Shown here: one piece after another, positions 1 to 8,376 of the stretch
Layout: every line of letters starts with the position of its first letter
Numbering within the stretch: the stretch's first letter is position 1
IMG/VR virus record: IMGVR_UViG_3300030450_002944
Span: 17,308-81,307 of that record
DNA from: a virus
Direction: 5' to 3' (one strand)
DNA length: 64,000 nucleotides
Position numbers and translations under genes: made by a program
The notes under the pieces: model-generated
The model's database searches: none
The model's input: only the letters and a program-made list of their open reading frames with translations
Told to the model about the DNA's origin: nothing

Positions 1-1
1 T

Positions 2-247
2 GATGAAGATGAACCTGATGATAGTGCATGGAACTTAGAAACTGTTGGTCATATCGGAATAATCTTTCCTATGCAAAGAACATTTCCAATCGAGGAATTT
101 AGTTGTTTAAGTGGTGGTGGAAAAGTATGTTATTTATGCTTAGATACAATTACTTACAAATGGGCAGTTGATGAGGGTTGTCCACATATTCAAATTAAAG
201 AAAATGGTAAATGGGTAACTCAATACGATAGCAGTTTTTTTGGTTAG
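2..247 (+). CDS. Partial hypothetical protein (5' truncated)
   Basis: Open frame from the window edge to TAG at 245-247; not in the ORF track. Confidence 0.5.
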   Translation, partial: DEDEPDDSAWNLETVGHIGIIFPMQRTFPIEEFSCLSGGGKVCYLCLDTITYKWAVDEGCPHIQIKENGKWVTQYDSSFFG

Positions 248-251
248 GGTA

Positions 252-281
252 TTGACTTAACTATATCAAATATGTTATATT
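252..281 (+). promoter_or_regulatory. sigma70-type promoter
   Basis: TTGACT-N18-TATATT with TG extended -10. Confidence 0.7.
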
Positions 282-312
282 GATTATAACAACGAAAACT
301 AAAGGAGAAAAT

Positions 313-747
313 ATGGCTCTAACTTGGGACATAACAAAAGTAGATTTACCGAAAGAGGTAATATATGTAAAGAATGATGAGGGAGAAGAAAACCTAAATC
401 CAATTACTTGGTCAATTATTTGGTCAACAATCTTTCTTGGTATGAATGAACTTACCGAGAAGAACCTAAATGATTGGCACAGACGAATGAAACAATTAGA
501 AATGTGTGGAATGGGATTGCTTGGAGAAAAAGATAGTGATGTAAAACGTATGCCTAATCTAAGAGAACTCAAATTACACATTGGTTTAAAGACAAATGGT
601 TCTTTGATTAAAAAAGGTTCAGCATGGAATAGAGAATTAGTAAGACAAATTAATATGACTACTGATGAGATTGTTAAAAAAGAAAGAACAGAATTAGCAG
701 AAGTCGAACAAGTTGTAATAACTGATGATGAGGAAAATGATGAATAA
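313..747 (+). CDS. Hypothetical phage protein
   Basis: Track ORF 280..747; AAGGAG RBS precedes ATG at 313 (MALTWD...). Confidence 0.75.
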   Translation: MALTWDITKVDLPKEVIYVKNDEGEENLNPITWSIIWSTIFLGMNELTEKNLNDWHRRMKQLEMCGMGLLGEKDSDVKRMPNLRELKLHIGLKTNGSLIKKGSAWNRELVRQINMTTDEIVKKERTELAEVEQVVITDDEENDE

Positions 748-958
748 AGATTTATCAGAAATCAAAGTAGATGATGTAGAATTTACTAACTTAGATGATG
801 AGATTTACGATAATTTATCGTGGTATTGTGATATGAATTTAGTAGATGAAACACCAAGATTAAAAAATAAGTTCTACGAAGTTAGAAACAAGATGATTGA
901 TTTTATTGAAAGTGTAAGAGCAGAACAAGTAGAGGGCAAAGATGAAAGTAATTATTGA
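725..958 (+). CDS. Small acidic hypothetical protein
   Basis: Overlapping operon ORF; true start may be a few codons downstream. Confidence 0.65.
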   Translation: MMRKMMNKDLSEIKVDDVEFTNLDDEIYDNLSWYCDMNLVDETPRLKNKFYEVRNKMIDFIESVRAEQVEGKDESNY

Positions 959-1292
959 TTTAGAAGAGGATACTATCTACGCAGAAGATGATGAACAAGT
1001 AGAAGAAGAAATAATAATAGAAAATCCTACTGCTGAAAAGATTAAGAAATTAGTAGACTCTGGAATACCTGTTTATTGGTCTAATTGTAATTATGAAATT
1101 ATAAAAGACGAACATACTTACATGATTAAAGCAAAAACAAAAGAAGATGTTAGTCATCTTGAGGGTTATATCTTTACACTTATGGATAGTACAGGGTTCG
1201 ACAGAGGTATTCGTTACTTAGACTTAACTGACAGAGCAGACAAATTATTAAATACACATGAGAAATATTTTTATATGAGAGGGCAAAGATGA
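942..1292 (+). CDS. Hypothetical protein
   Basis: Operon-coupled ORF with GAGG RBS. Confidence 0.7.
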   Translation: MKVIIDLEEDTIYAEDDEQVEEEIIIENPTAEKIKKLVDSGIPVYWSNCNYEIIKDEHTYMIKAKTKEDVSHLEGYIFTLMDSTGFDRGIRYLDLTDRADKLLNTHEKYFYMRGQR

Positions 1293-1489
1293 ATAAAGAA
1301 AACGAAATGGATTTACATCAAGCGATTGAGATTATTGAAATGGAAGAAAATCCAACAGAAGATGAATATAGATGTGCTTGGCAATTTTTAGTAGATAAAG
1401 GACACGCTTGGAATTTACAAGGTTGGTATGGTAGAACTGCTATGAGTTTAATTGAAAGTGGATTTATACAGGGGAGAATAACAGGATAA
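1289..1489 (+). CDS. Small conserved-looking phage protein (AWQFLVD.GHAWNLQGWYGR motif)
   Basis: ATGA overlap; Trp/Gly-rich motif typical of small phage proteins. Confidence 0.75.
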   Translation: MNKENEMDLHQAIEIIEMEENPTEDEYRCAWQFLVDKGHAWNLQGWYGRTAMSLIESGFIQGRITG

Positions 1490-1776
1490 TGAGTGAAGAA
1501 GAACTAACCATACAGAAACTACATTGGGATAATATTAAAAAAGGTTATCCACATATTGCAGATGATGATGACAATAATGGATATGTCTATGGCATTGAAT
1601 ATAGTATAGGTTTGGGAGATACAGATCAACAATGGTTTAAGTCTGAAACAGAGCGAGATAGAATGGTAGAAGAAATGCTTATGGATATTTACCTAGAGAT
1701 AGAAGAACCATATCAAGTCAATCCATTCGTAACAAATTTAATACAAGAACAAATGGATAAAGGATTATTAAGATGA
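1489..1776 (+). CDS. Hypothetical protein
   Basis: TAATG coupling. Confidence 0.7.
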   Translation: MSEEELTIQKLHWDNIKKGYPHIADDDDNNGYVYGIEYSIGLGDTDQQWFKSETERDRMVEEMLMDIYLEIEEPYQVNPFVTNLIQEQMDKGLLR

Positions 1777-1985
1777 TAGTAGATGTAAGAAGTGCTACAA
1801 GTGGATATATAGAAATTGGAGATTGGGTAGTTTATGTTGATGATAGTACAGGAGAAAGAATTATAAATTCTTGGGATAAGACTGACATAAGACTTAACAA
1901 TGAGGGGATAAAGTGTGGGGAAATAAAAGAACATACCTCAATGGGTACTAGATTAATAGACTACAAGAAAACAGGTCATGGATAA
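1773..1985 (+). CDS. Hypothetical protein
   Basis: ATGA coupling, AAGGA RBS. Confidence 0.7.
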   Translation: MIVDVRSATSGYIEIGDWVVYVDDSTGERIINSWDKTDIRLNNEGIKCGEIKEHTSMGTRLIDYKKTGHG

Positions 1986-2217
1986 ACTATGTAGACAATT
2001 AAATAATGGTTTAACAATATTAGATGAAAACGAATTATCTGATAAGGATATAAACAACTGTGATAACTGTGGGGAATTAGACTATTATCCTAATCTTATA
2101 TGGGATAGTGATGAACTATGGTGGAGTAGTCAATATCTTTCAGATATGTCTGCTCAAAGTAAACTGAACGCTTTATGTGAAGAATGTTTTGTTCAATTAA
2201 AAGGTAGTAAAAAGTAG
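1978..2217 (+). CDS. Small Zn-binding hypothetical protein
   Basis: CDNC...CEEC pairs. Confidence 0.7.
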   Translation: MDKLCRQLNNGLTILDENELSDKDINNCDNCGELDYYPNLIWDSDELWWSSQYLSDMSAQSKLNALCEECFVQLKGSKK

Positions 2218-2221
2218 GGTA

Positions 2222-2251
2222 TTGACTTATCTATTTTGATTATGCTATAAT
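2222..2251 (+). promoter_or_regulatory. sigma70-type promoter
   Basis: TTGACT-N18-TATAAT, extended TG. Confidence 0.85.
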
Positions 2252-2277
2252 GATTATAGAAACTATAAAAGGAATAT

Positions 2278-2718
2278 ATGTTAAAAGATATAGAAATAAA
2301 TACTAAAAGTTTAATCACTTTAATACAGGATATCTATGATACATTTGATGCTCTTGAAAAAGATAATGAGAAAGAAAACCTCAAATGGACAATAGAGGGA
2401 AAATCAAAATCTCAACAAGCATTGATTATGACTTCTTTCTTTGAAGATATACAGAAGAAGAAAGGATTATCTGATCATTTAGTTAAGAGTTTACAGAATG
2501 ATAAATTCAAACTTACTAGAAAAATAGATAAATTGAAGAATGAAATCGCAGTATTGGAACAAGCCTACGATAATATTCAACATAAATATCTAAGCGTGGG
2601 GAGAGGAATAGATAGTACACATAGTGTATTAAAGAGATTAGCATTTGATAATAAACATCAAGTCTTTAAAGATGATATGTTAGTAAAGTTATGGAAGATT
2701 AAATCAGATTGGTATTGA
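2278..2718 (+). CDS. Coiled-coil hypothetical protein
   Basis: 146 aa ORF after promoter and AAGGA RBS. Confidence 0.7.
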   Translation: MLKDIEINTKSLITLIQDIYDTFDALEKDNEKENLKWTIEGKSKSQQALIMTSFFEDIQKKKGLSDHLVKSLQNDKFKLTRKIDKLKNEIAVLEQAYDNIQHKYLSVGRGIDSTHSVLKRLAFDNKHQVFKDDMLVKLWKIKSDWY

Positions 2719-2719
2719 A

Positions 2720-2860
2720 ATGCGTGGGGAAAGAGAAATAGCCAAAGACTATGACTATAACATAGTATACTGTCAATGTAATAAACCTTTATATATAGAT
2801 GATATAGATGAAGAAAACAACTTGATAGCAATATGTGAAGATACAGATTGTGAGTATTGA
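2720..2860 (+). CDS. Small Cys-containing peptide (46 aa)
   Basis: Read manually: MRGEREIAKDYDYNIVYCQCNKP...CEDTDCEY; directly follows the previous stop. Confidence 0.5.
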   Translation: MRGEREIAKDYDYNIVYCQCNKPLYIDDIDEENNLIAICEDTDCEY

Positions 2861-2886
2861 CTTACCTTTTATCAATATGCTATAAT
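2857..2886 (+). promoter_or_regulatory. sigma70-type promoter
   Basis: TTGACT-N18-TATAAT, extended TG. Confidence 0.85.
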
Positions 2887-2902
2887 GATTATAGATAAAA
2901 AA

Positions 2903-3003
2903 GTAATTGATTAGAAACAATAAAGATACGAATGATTGAGTGTTGAGCAATGTATAGTTCATTACTAATCAACTCAACTGATCGCTAGTCGCTAATCAAT
3001 TAC
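2903..3003 (+). ncRNA. Candidate structured RNA / leader
   Basis: Perfect 12-bp closing inverted repeat GTAATTGATTAG/CTAATCAATTAC just after a promoter; no ORF. Confidence 0.45.
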
Positions 3004-3028
3004 ACTAATAAATAAGAGGTAAAAGACT

Positions 3029-3199
3029 ATGAAAATGAGTAGAGGTTTAATGGAAATTAGTATAGATGAATTTCTTGCAGATAGAAAACCATGCGAATTA
3101 CTATCAGAGTTTGGATTAGAACATAAACATACAACTGATTGTGATTTAATTGATGAAATAGTATATCAAGCGTATCTGTTAGGGGAGAGGAATAGATAG
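3029..3199 (+). CDS. Small hypothetical protein (56 aa)
   Basis: Read manually; GAGGT RBS; MKMSRGLMEISIDEFL... Confidence 0.6.
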   Translation: MKMSRGLMEISIDEFLADRKPCELLSEFGLEHKHTTDCDLIDEIVYQAYLLGERNR

Positions 3200-3200
3200 T

Positions 3201-3494
3201 ATGAAAAAATATAGAGTAATATGCAATGAGGGAACAACATTTCTTTCAAGAACATGGAAGAATGGGGAAACAGAAGAAGAAATATATGAAATTTTTGAAG
3301 ATTTCTATGAAACAGAGAATATGGGATTTGATGAAGAAATAGATGACTATATCCCAATGCCAAGAGAGTTAGATTATATTAGGGATCTATGGAATGTAAC
3401 CATAGAAGAAATAGAAGATCCTAATTACTCTGATGAAATAGGGGATTTATCTGAATGGGAATATAATAGTGGTAAAGTATCTTTATATAGATAG
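3201..3494 (+). CDS. Acidic hypothetical protein
   Basis: GAGG RBS, operon-coupled. Confidence 0.7.
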   Translation: MKKYRVICNEGTTFLSRTWKNGETEEEIYEIFEDFYETENMGFDEEIDDYIPMPRELDYIRDLWNVTIEEIEDPNYSDEIGDLSEWEYNSGKVSLYR

Positions 3495-3498
3495 GGTA

Positions 3499-3528
3499 TT
3501 GACTTACCTATATACGATATGCTATAAT
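3499..3528 (+). promoter_or_regulatory. sigma70-type promoter
   Basis: TTGACT-N18-TATAAT, extended TG. Confidence 0.85.
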
Positions 3529-3608
3529 AGATATATAAGGTAAATAAAGATCGATATACAGAAATAGAGTAATAAATATATAGTAAATAAAAGGTAGGTA
3601 TTGAATAT

Positions 3609-4097
3609 ATGGCTAAAACTAAGTTAAGAAAGCGAAAGCAATCTAATGGTACTTATAACCTAGAATATGACCCAATTCCAATGGATAGGGTACGAAAACA
3701 GGGAATTGAGTACATAAAAGCAACAGAATTGGTTAATGGAACTATCTTTGAGGGTAGGAAGATACCAAGTAGAATAGTATGCTTTTATAATATAAAAGAC
3801 CAAGAGATATCTTGGAAGTATAATGAGGGGAAAGCAGAGGAAGTATGTAATGGGAATACAGACTATTGTTATCTAGTTAGAGATGATATGTTCTGTCCTA
3901 ATGGATACTATCTATGTCTACCTCATAATCATATAGTGGATTGGAGAGTATCAGGATTGGATTATCACTTTCTCTCCCCACAGGAATTTGAAGAAGATGA
4001 GAAAATGACTATGGAAGAATATGGGAAAATACAGGAAAAAGACCATATTACTTCGTATGAGAATATGAAAGATAAATTTGATTATTTAAGTAAATAA
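3609..4097 (+). CDS. Hypothetical protein
   Basis: 162 aa ORF with own promoter and terminator. Confidence 0.75.
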   Translation: MAKTKLRKRKQSNGTYNLEYDPIPMDRVRKQGIEYIKATELVNGTIFEGRKIPSRIVCFYNIKDQEISWKYNEGKAEEVCNGNTDYCYLVRDDMFCPNGYYLCLPHNHIVDWRVSGLDYHFLSPQEFEEDEKMTMEEYGKIQEKDHITSYENMKDKFDYLSK

Positions 4098-4109
4098 CTT
4101 ACCTTTTAT

Positions 4110-4145
4110 AAGGGGATAGGTTTTATGGTTTTTCCCTATCCCCTT
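4110..4145. terminator. Hairpin terminator
   Basis: AAGGGGATAGG...CCTATCCCCTT inverted repeat after the stop codon. Confidence 0.65.
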
Positions 4146-4173
4146 GACTTAGGTATAGCGAATATGTTATAAT
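4144..4173 (+). promoter_or_regulatory. sigma70-type promoter with no downstream ORF
   Basis: TTGACT-N18-TATAAT, extended TG. Confidence 0.8.
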
Positions 4174-4188
4174 AATATTATAGGGTAT

Positions 4189-4269
4189 TTAAGTATGCGA
4201 GGGTTGTCAGGGAAATTAGTAGTGAATGAACTGACCACAGAATGTGTTAATCCAACTACCCATACTTAA
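4189..4269 (+). ncRNA. Candidate small structured RNA
   Basis: TTAAGTATG/CATACTTAA closing stem, internal GTCAG/CTGAC stem, followed by a C-run and T7 tract. Confidence 0.5.
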
Positions 4270-4448
4270 CCACCCCCCCTTTTTTTCCTAAAGGAGTTAT
4301 ATGATATATCAGCAGCCACCACCACAGGAGAGGAAATAGGTATATATAAGGAATGGAAAAGGAGAGGAAATGGAGAAGGAAAGGGGTGGGAAATGGAAAG
4401 GAAGGAAGGGGTCAAATGTCGCATAACTCCCCATGTGGTAGGGGGTAC

Positions 4449-4928
4449 TTAAAAGCACTCCCCTGATTGTTGCAATTCAAATATACTAGGTCCACGATCT
4501 CTATGACGTATTAAGCTCTTATAGGCTTCTTGCAATCCCCATTCATAATAGAACGATTGACCAAATGACCTTTTGCACCACACAGTTAAACCTAGCATAT
4601 CGTCAATTATAATTTCTCCCACTTCTCCGAGCCAATGTGCCAAATGATCAGAGATAAGAAAATATTGCATTACTTCTCCCTGTTTCCATTCAATAAGTGC
4701 TTCTTTAAACTCTGGCTCTTCCATGTCTGGTAGGTTTTCAGGGTCATATCCCTGTCTAAAATCTTCTATATCTTCTGATGTTATAGCGTTTTCGGTTGCT
4801 ATATATAAACTCTCGTAACTGTCGTCTTGCTCAAAGAACCTTTCGGCTACTTCGTTTACAAGATATAGTACGTTCTTATCACACCATTTCTTAAAGTCTT
4901 TATCTTCTGCTAATTTGTCGCTATTCAC
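4449..4928 (-). CDS. Hypothetical phage protein
   Basis: 159 aa, GTG start with AAGGAG RBS, own promoter. Confidence 0.8.
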   Translation of the reverse strand: MNSDKLAEDKDFKKWCDKNVLYLVNEVAERFFEQDDSYESLYIATENAITSEDIEDFRQGYDPENLPDMEEPEFKEALIEWKQGEVMQYFLISDHLAHWLGEVGEIIIDDMLGLTVWCKRSFGQSFYYEWGLQEAYKSLIRHRDRGPSIFELQQSGECF

Positions 4929-4963
4929 TTTTTACTCCTTTATTAGTTTTTACTTATATATCA

Positions 4964-4993
4964 ATAATAGCATATATAGGGGGGGTAGGTCAA
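4964..4993 (-). promoter_or_regulatory. sigma70-type promoter next to 18-bp box
   Basis: TTGACC-N18-TATTAT on the minus strand. Confidence 0.7.
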
Positions 4994-5191
4994 CCCCTGA
5001 TATATCCTATAACTCCACCTACTATTATTATATCATATAGGGAAGGGGTCTGTCAAGGGAAAAGGGAAGGAAGGGAAAAGGGAAGGAAGGGGATAGGGGG
5101 ACTGGAGTTATGCGATTATGGGTAGTGGCTCAAAGAGAGAGCCACCACACAATTACGCCAACCACTATTAAGATTTCCAATCAATCCCCTT

Positions 5192-5446
5192 TTACCACAT
5201 AGAGTCAAATGCTTTAACCATGTTAGCCTGTACTTCATACCTAGATGCGTCTACCTGAACGTCTTGACCATCAATTATTACATAATCAATATCATGAGCA
5301 TAGATACTACCAATTTCTGTAGCATAGCCATACACTTTAGCCATTCTGATATTACCTTTTTTGTTGTCCATCATCTCAAACTTCCAACCATTTTTTTGGT
5401 ATCCGACTGTCCCTTTTTTTATGTCATTAGGTTCAATAGTTTTCAT
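5192..5446 (-). CDS. Small hypothetical protein
   Basis: 84 aa, AAGGA RBS, promoter TTGACA-N18-TATACT at 5481-5510. Confidence 0.8.
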   Translation of the reverse strand: MKTIEPNDIKKGTVGYQKNGWKFEMMDNKKGNIRMAKVYGYATEIGSIYAHDIDYVIIDGQDVQVDASRYEVQANMVKAFDSMW

Positions 5447-5501
5447 AGTTCCTTTTTGCTAGTTTTTTCTTTATGTAATAAGTATATCATATTTGATCAC
5501 T

Positions 5502-5666
5502 CTATGTCAACTCAATGTTTACAATTTCTTTGTCTGTTAATTTAATATTGTGTTGCTCATAAAAGTTATCTTTTACATTTTGGATAAATTCTTTTTTGGT
5601 TTCTCCATAATTATTTATCGCAAATGATAATTCTATTTCACAGAACCATTCTTTTTCTTCACTCAT
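5502..5666 (-). CDS. Small hypothetical protein (54 aa)
   Basis: Read manually: MSEEKEWFCEIELSFAINNYG...; AAGGAG RBS; promoter TTGACA-N18-TATACT at 5686-5715. Confidence 0.65.
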   Translation of the reverse strand: MSEEKEWFCEIELSFAINNYGETKKEFIQNVKDNFYEQHNIKLTDKEIVNIELT

Positions 5667-5755
5667 TTTCGTACTCCTTTATTTAAGTATAGCATATTTG
5701 ATCATTCTATGTCAATAGGGATATATCATATAACTCCAAAAAAAATAAATTTAAC

Positions 5756-6057
5756 TAAGCGTGGCGAAGGTGTCAGATTGAATGAAACTCACTTTCAAAC
5801 TTAGACTTACGATATCATGATATGATCGTGCTACATCAGGCTACAACTTCGGCTTTCTATCCTAGGCTAGTGGCGGAAGTGATACATCTGGCTCAACGTC
5901 AGGGAACAGAGGGATCTGCAAGATACTCTATTTCTATTCGTTTATCTGAACTTGTACTAAAAGTTCGTTAACAATTAAGTACAACTGATAGTTTGACAAT
6001 AACCTTCAAAAGTTTCTGTACAGGTTGCGAACCTATGAGCCTACTTAACCACGCTTA
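5756..6057 (-). ncRNA. Candidate large (~300 nt) structured ncRNA
   Basis: TAAGCGTGG/CCACGCTTA closing stem, many internal helices, higher GC, no ORF; downstream of promoter 6185-6214. Confidence 0.6.
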
Positions 6058-6070
6058 TTAAATTGTTAAA

Positions 6071-6177
6071 CAAGATTGATGATCGGTTGTTATAGACCGA
6101 ATTTAATCTGTCCACATTCCCTACTTCGTTGTATTGGTAAAATGTTATTCACATTCATCGTTACTTCCTCAACCTTG
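6071..6177 (-). ncRNA. Candidate ~107 nt structured RNA (or 22-aa peptide leader)
   Basis: CAAGGTTGA/TCAATCTTG closing stem (G-U pair valid only on the minus strand), two internal hairpins, begins at the predicted TSS. Confidence 0.45.
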
Positions 6178-6309
6178 TAATATAAGTATAGCATATTAAA
6201 GAGTGGTAATGCAATACCTTGATATATCATATAACTCCTCTTAAAAAAAGAGGGCAGGTGGGGGAAGGGGAAAAATGAAAAAACCCCAAACCCCTCTTGT
6301 ACCTACCTA

Positions 6310-6546
6310 TTACATTTCCTCAGCCATTGCCCAAAGGATAGGCTCAACTTCACTAGATATCTGTAAATGGAAGTCGCAACACTTTAACCTGTCGTTCATT
6401 TGATCTTTGGAAAAGATTAGAATATCCTTTATGGAAAAGGCTTTCCTATCTTTACAATCAAACCATTGTCGCCAATACCCTTTATCAGAGTCCACTTCAT
6501 AGTGAACATTCTCGTTTCTATATTTAAAAGTTCCTTTAGCTTTCAT
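6310..6546 (-). CDS. Small hypothetical protein
   Basis: GAGGT RBS, coupled to the upstream ORF. Confidence 0.7.
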   Translation of the reverse strand: MKAKGTFKYRNENVHYEVDSDKGYWRQWFDCKDRKAFSIKDILIFSKDQMNDRLKCCDFHLQISSEVEPILWAMAEEM

Positions 6547-6547
6547 C

Positions 6548-6739
6548 TTAACCTCTATTCATTTCTATATATTTTTCATTTAGTTCTGTTCTTATTACAT
6601 CGCAATCATCAGAACACACAACATTATTTCCATAACATTCTGTATGATCTTTTTGATAGTTTTTCCACTCTAAAATTTCATCATCTGTTAGAGTGAAAGA
6701 CTTAGGGTGTTTATGTGAGTTGCTAATCCAAGATATCAT
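6548..6739 (-). CDS. Small hypothetical protein
   Basis: AAGGA RBS; promoter TTGACA-N18-TATAAT near 6769-6798. Confidence 0.7.
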   Translation of the reverse strand: MISWISNSHKHPKSFTLTDDEILEWKNYQKDHTECYGNNVVCSDDCDVIRTELNEKYIEMNRG

Positions 6740-6785
6740 TTTATTCCTTTACTTGTTTCTATACTTATATTATAGCATATTTAAT

Positions 6786-6884
6786 GTAGGCTTGTCAAGT
6801 GTGTCTTGTTTAGATTTACATATAACGACTTGCAAGAGCTTTCAGGATCAGGGAATACTTACTCAACCCCACTTGACTACCTAC
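6786..6884 (-). ncRNA. Candidate ~100 nt structured RNA
   Basis: GTAGG..GTCAAGTG / CACTTGAC..CCTAC closing stem right after promoter 6892-6921; no ORF. Confidence 0.4.
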
Positions 6885-6944
6885 TAAGTATATAATAACA
6901 TATATGAAGTAGTGAAGTCAATACTGGATATATCATATAACTCC

Positions 6945-7002
6945 CATAAAGAATGTGTCCCATAAAGAATGTGTCCAGTAAAGAATGTGTCCAGTAAAGA
7001 AT
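6945..7002. repeat. 16-bp tandem repeat (~3.6 copies)
   Basis: (CA/AG)TAAAGAATGTGTCC repeated, abutting the 18-bp box at 6927-6944. Confidence 0.9.
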
Positions 7003-7072
7003 ACGAGGATTTTTTTCACAAAAAACTTTTCTCCCAAGTCAATGGGCTAGGTGGGCTAGATTTTTAAATCCT

Positions 7073-7210
7073 CTATTGGATGTCGTCTGAAATCTTCAGA
7101 TCAGGAGAGAGGTCATTCCAGTTAAGGATTTCCTCTACTTCTTTATCGGCAGACTCATCATTCCTACCGACACTCATTAGGATTTCATCTATTAGTTCTC
7201 TTAGAGTCAT
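7073..7210 (-). CDS. Small acidic peptide (45 aa)
   Basis: Read manually: MTLRELIDEILMSVGRND...; GGAGGT RBS; own promoter. Confidence 0.65.
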   Translation of the reverse strand: MTLRELIDEILMSVGRNDESADKEVEEILNWNDLSPDLKISDDIQ

Positions 7211-7431
7211 AATAGACCTCCACTTTTTTTGGTTTTGTTTTATCGACCTAATATAAGTATAACATATATTCTTTTTACGTCAAACCCCTACCCCCCATTG
7301 ATATATCATATAACTCCAAAAAATGAGAGTATAGAAAGAAAAAATGTAAAACTTCCTATACTCTCTTAATTGTTAATGTTCTTCACATTTAGGGCAAATA
7401 ATAGTTGAGCCATTTCTTATACAATCGCAAC

Positions 7432-7659
7432 TCATAAGGGTAATTTTCCAGACTCTTTTTTCTGTTCCCACGTTGCCGACTCTATAGCACCTCTGAAAAT
7501 CTGTTCATTAAAGTTTGGGTTATCATCTGCAAATATTTTGCATAATTCTTGGTATAGTATATCAGGGTCTATATATTGAAAACTGCTTGTCGCAGAGTCA
7601 ATAAATTTTATACTGTTTTTCCACACGTCCACAAATTTTATGTAATCTTTTTTAGTCAT
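7432..7659 (-). CDS. Small phage protein (MTKKDY...DNPNFN..F type)
   Basis: AAGGA RBS; own promoter; motif common in small phage early proteins. Confidence 0.8.
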   Translation of the reverse strand: MTKKDYIKFVDVWKNSIKFIDSATSSFQYIDPDILYQELCKIFADDNPNFNEQIFRGAIESATWEQKKESGKLPL

Positions 7660-7762
7660 CTTTTTTTCCTTTTTATTAGTTGATACATTAAGTATAGCAC
7701 ATTAAAGATTATTAATGCAATACCCCCACCCCTATTGATATATCCTATAACTCCAGTTGAAA

Positions 7763-8068
7763 TTAAATGAAATCAACTGAATTAGGTTCTTGTCTAGTTA
7801 TTAGAACTGAATCTTGTTCAAATTTAGTTTTATATTTTAGGGCAACTTTATTAACCACGTTGATATAATTAATATTATTTTTTTCATGAAGGATAGATAC
7901 AACTTTAGTTTTCTCTTTAGTTCCCTTCCAATAACCTGTAATTTCTGATACTGAAAAACCTTCAACTTCATTAGCAAGTTCAGTATCTAGAAAACTATTA
8001 AATTGTTTATCTGATACAACTGACTTATTTTTTATATCAGTTCCAAAATATATTAATGTGTTTATCAT
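7763..8068 (-). CDS. DUF3574-like small protein
   Basis: LIYFG...F.SFLD....GFSV....GYW....E.T......Y..KFEQDSVL pattern. Confidence 0.65.
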   Translation of the reverse strand: MINTLIYFGTDIKNKSVVSDKQFNSFLDTELANEVEGFSVSEITGYWKGTKEKTKVVSILHEKNNINYINVVNKVALKYKTKFEQDSVLITRQEPNSVDFI

Positions 8069-8072
8069 TTTA

Positions 8073-8252
8073 TTACCATACCTTCCGTTCTAGAGTTTGC
8101 TTTATTCTTAGTTCATTAATCTTAGCTTTAGTTAATGGTTTAGGTTTAGATCCATTGCCCTTAACAACTGTTATACATTTTCCATTTTTTCCAATGGGTA
8201 CAATCAGTCTTGACTTACTTCTTTTAACTTGTCTTTTACTTGGTATATTCAT
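8073..8252 (-). CDS. Small basic protein (59 aa)
   Basis: Read manually: MNIPSKRQVKRSKSRLIVPIGKNG...; AAGGA RBS. Confidence 0.6.
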   Translation of the reverse strand: MNIPSKRQVKRSKSRLIVPIGKNGKCITVVKGNGSKPKPLTKAKINELRIKQTLERKVW

Positions 8253-8376
8253 TTTTTTAATCCTTCTTTTTAGTTACTATAATTATTCTATCATTTTATT
8301 TACTACCATGTCAACCCCTGATATATCATATAACTCCCCCGAAAAATAATAAAAATCGGGGGGAGAGAGTAATTAA

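Noticed and set aside
3587-4109. Inverted repeat ATAAAAGGTA/TACCTTTTAT flanking ORF 3609-4097
   Set aside because: Only about 10 exact bp in very AT-rich DNA, so it could be chance.
5756-6057. Retron msr-msd, tmRNA or RNase P identity for the large RNA
   Set aside because: No reverse transcriptase in the window, no tRNA-like ends, and no GAGGAAAGUCC-type core.
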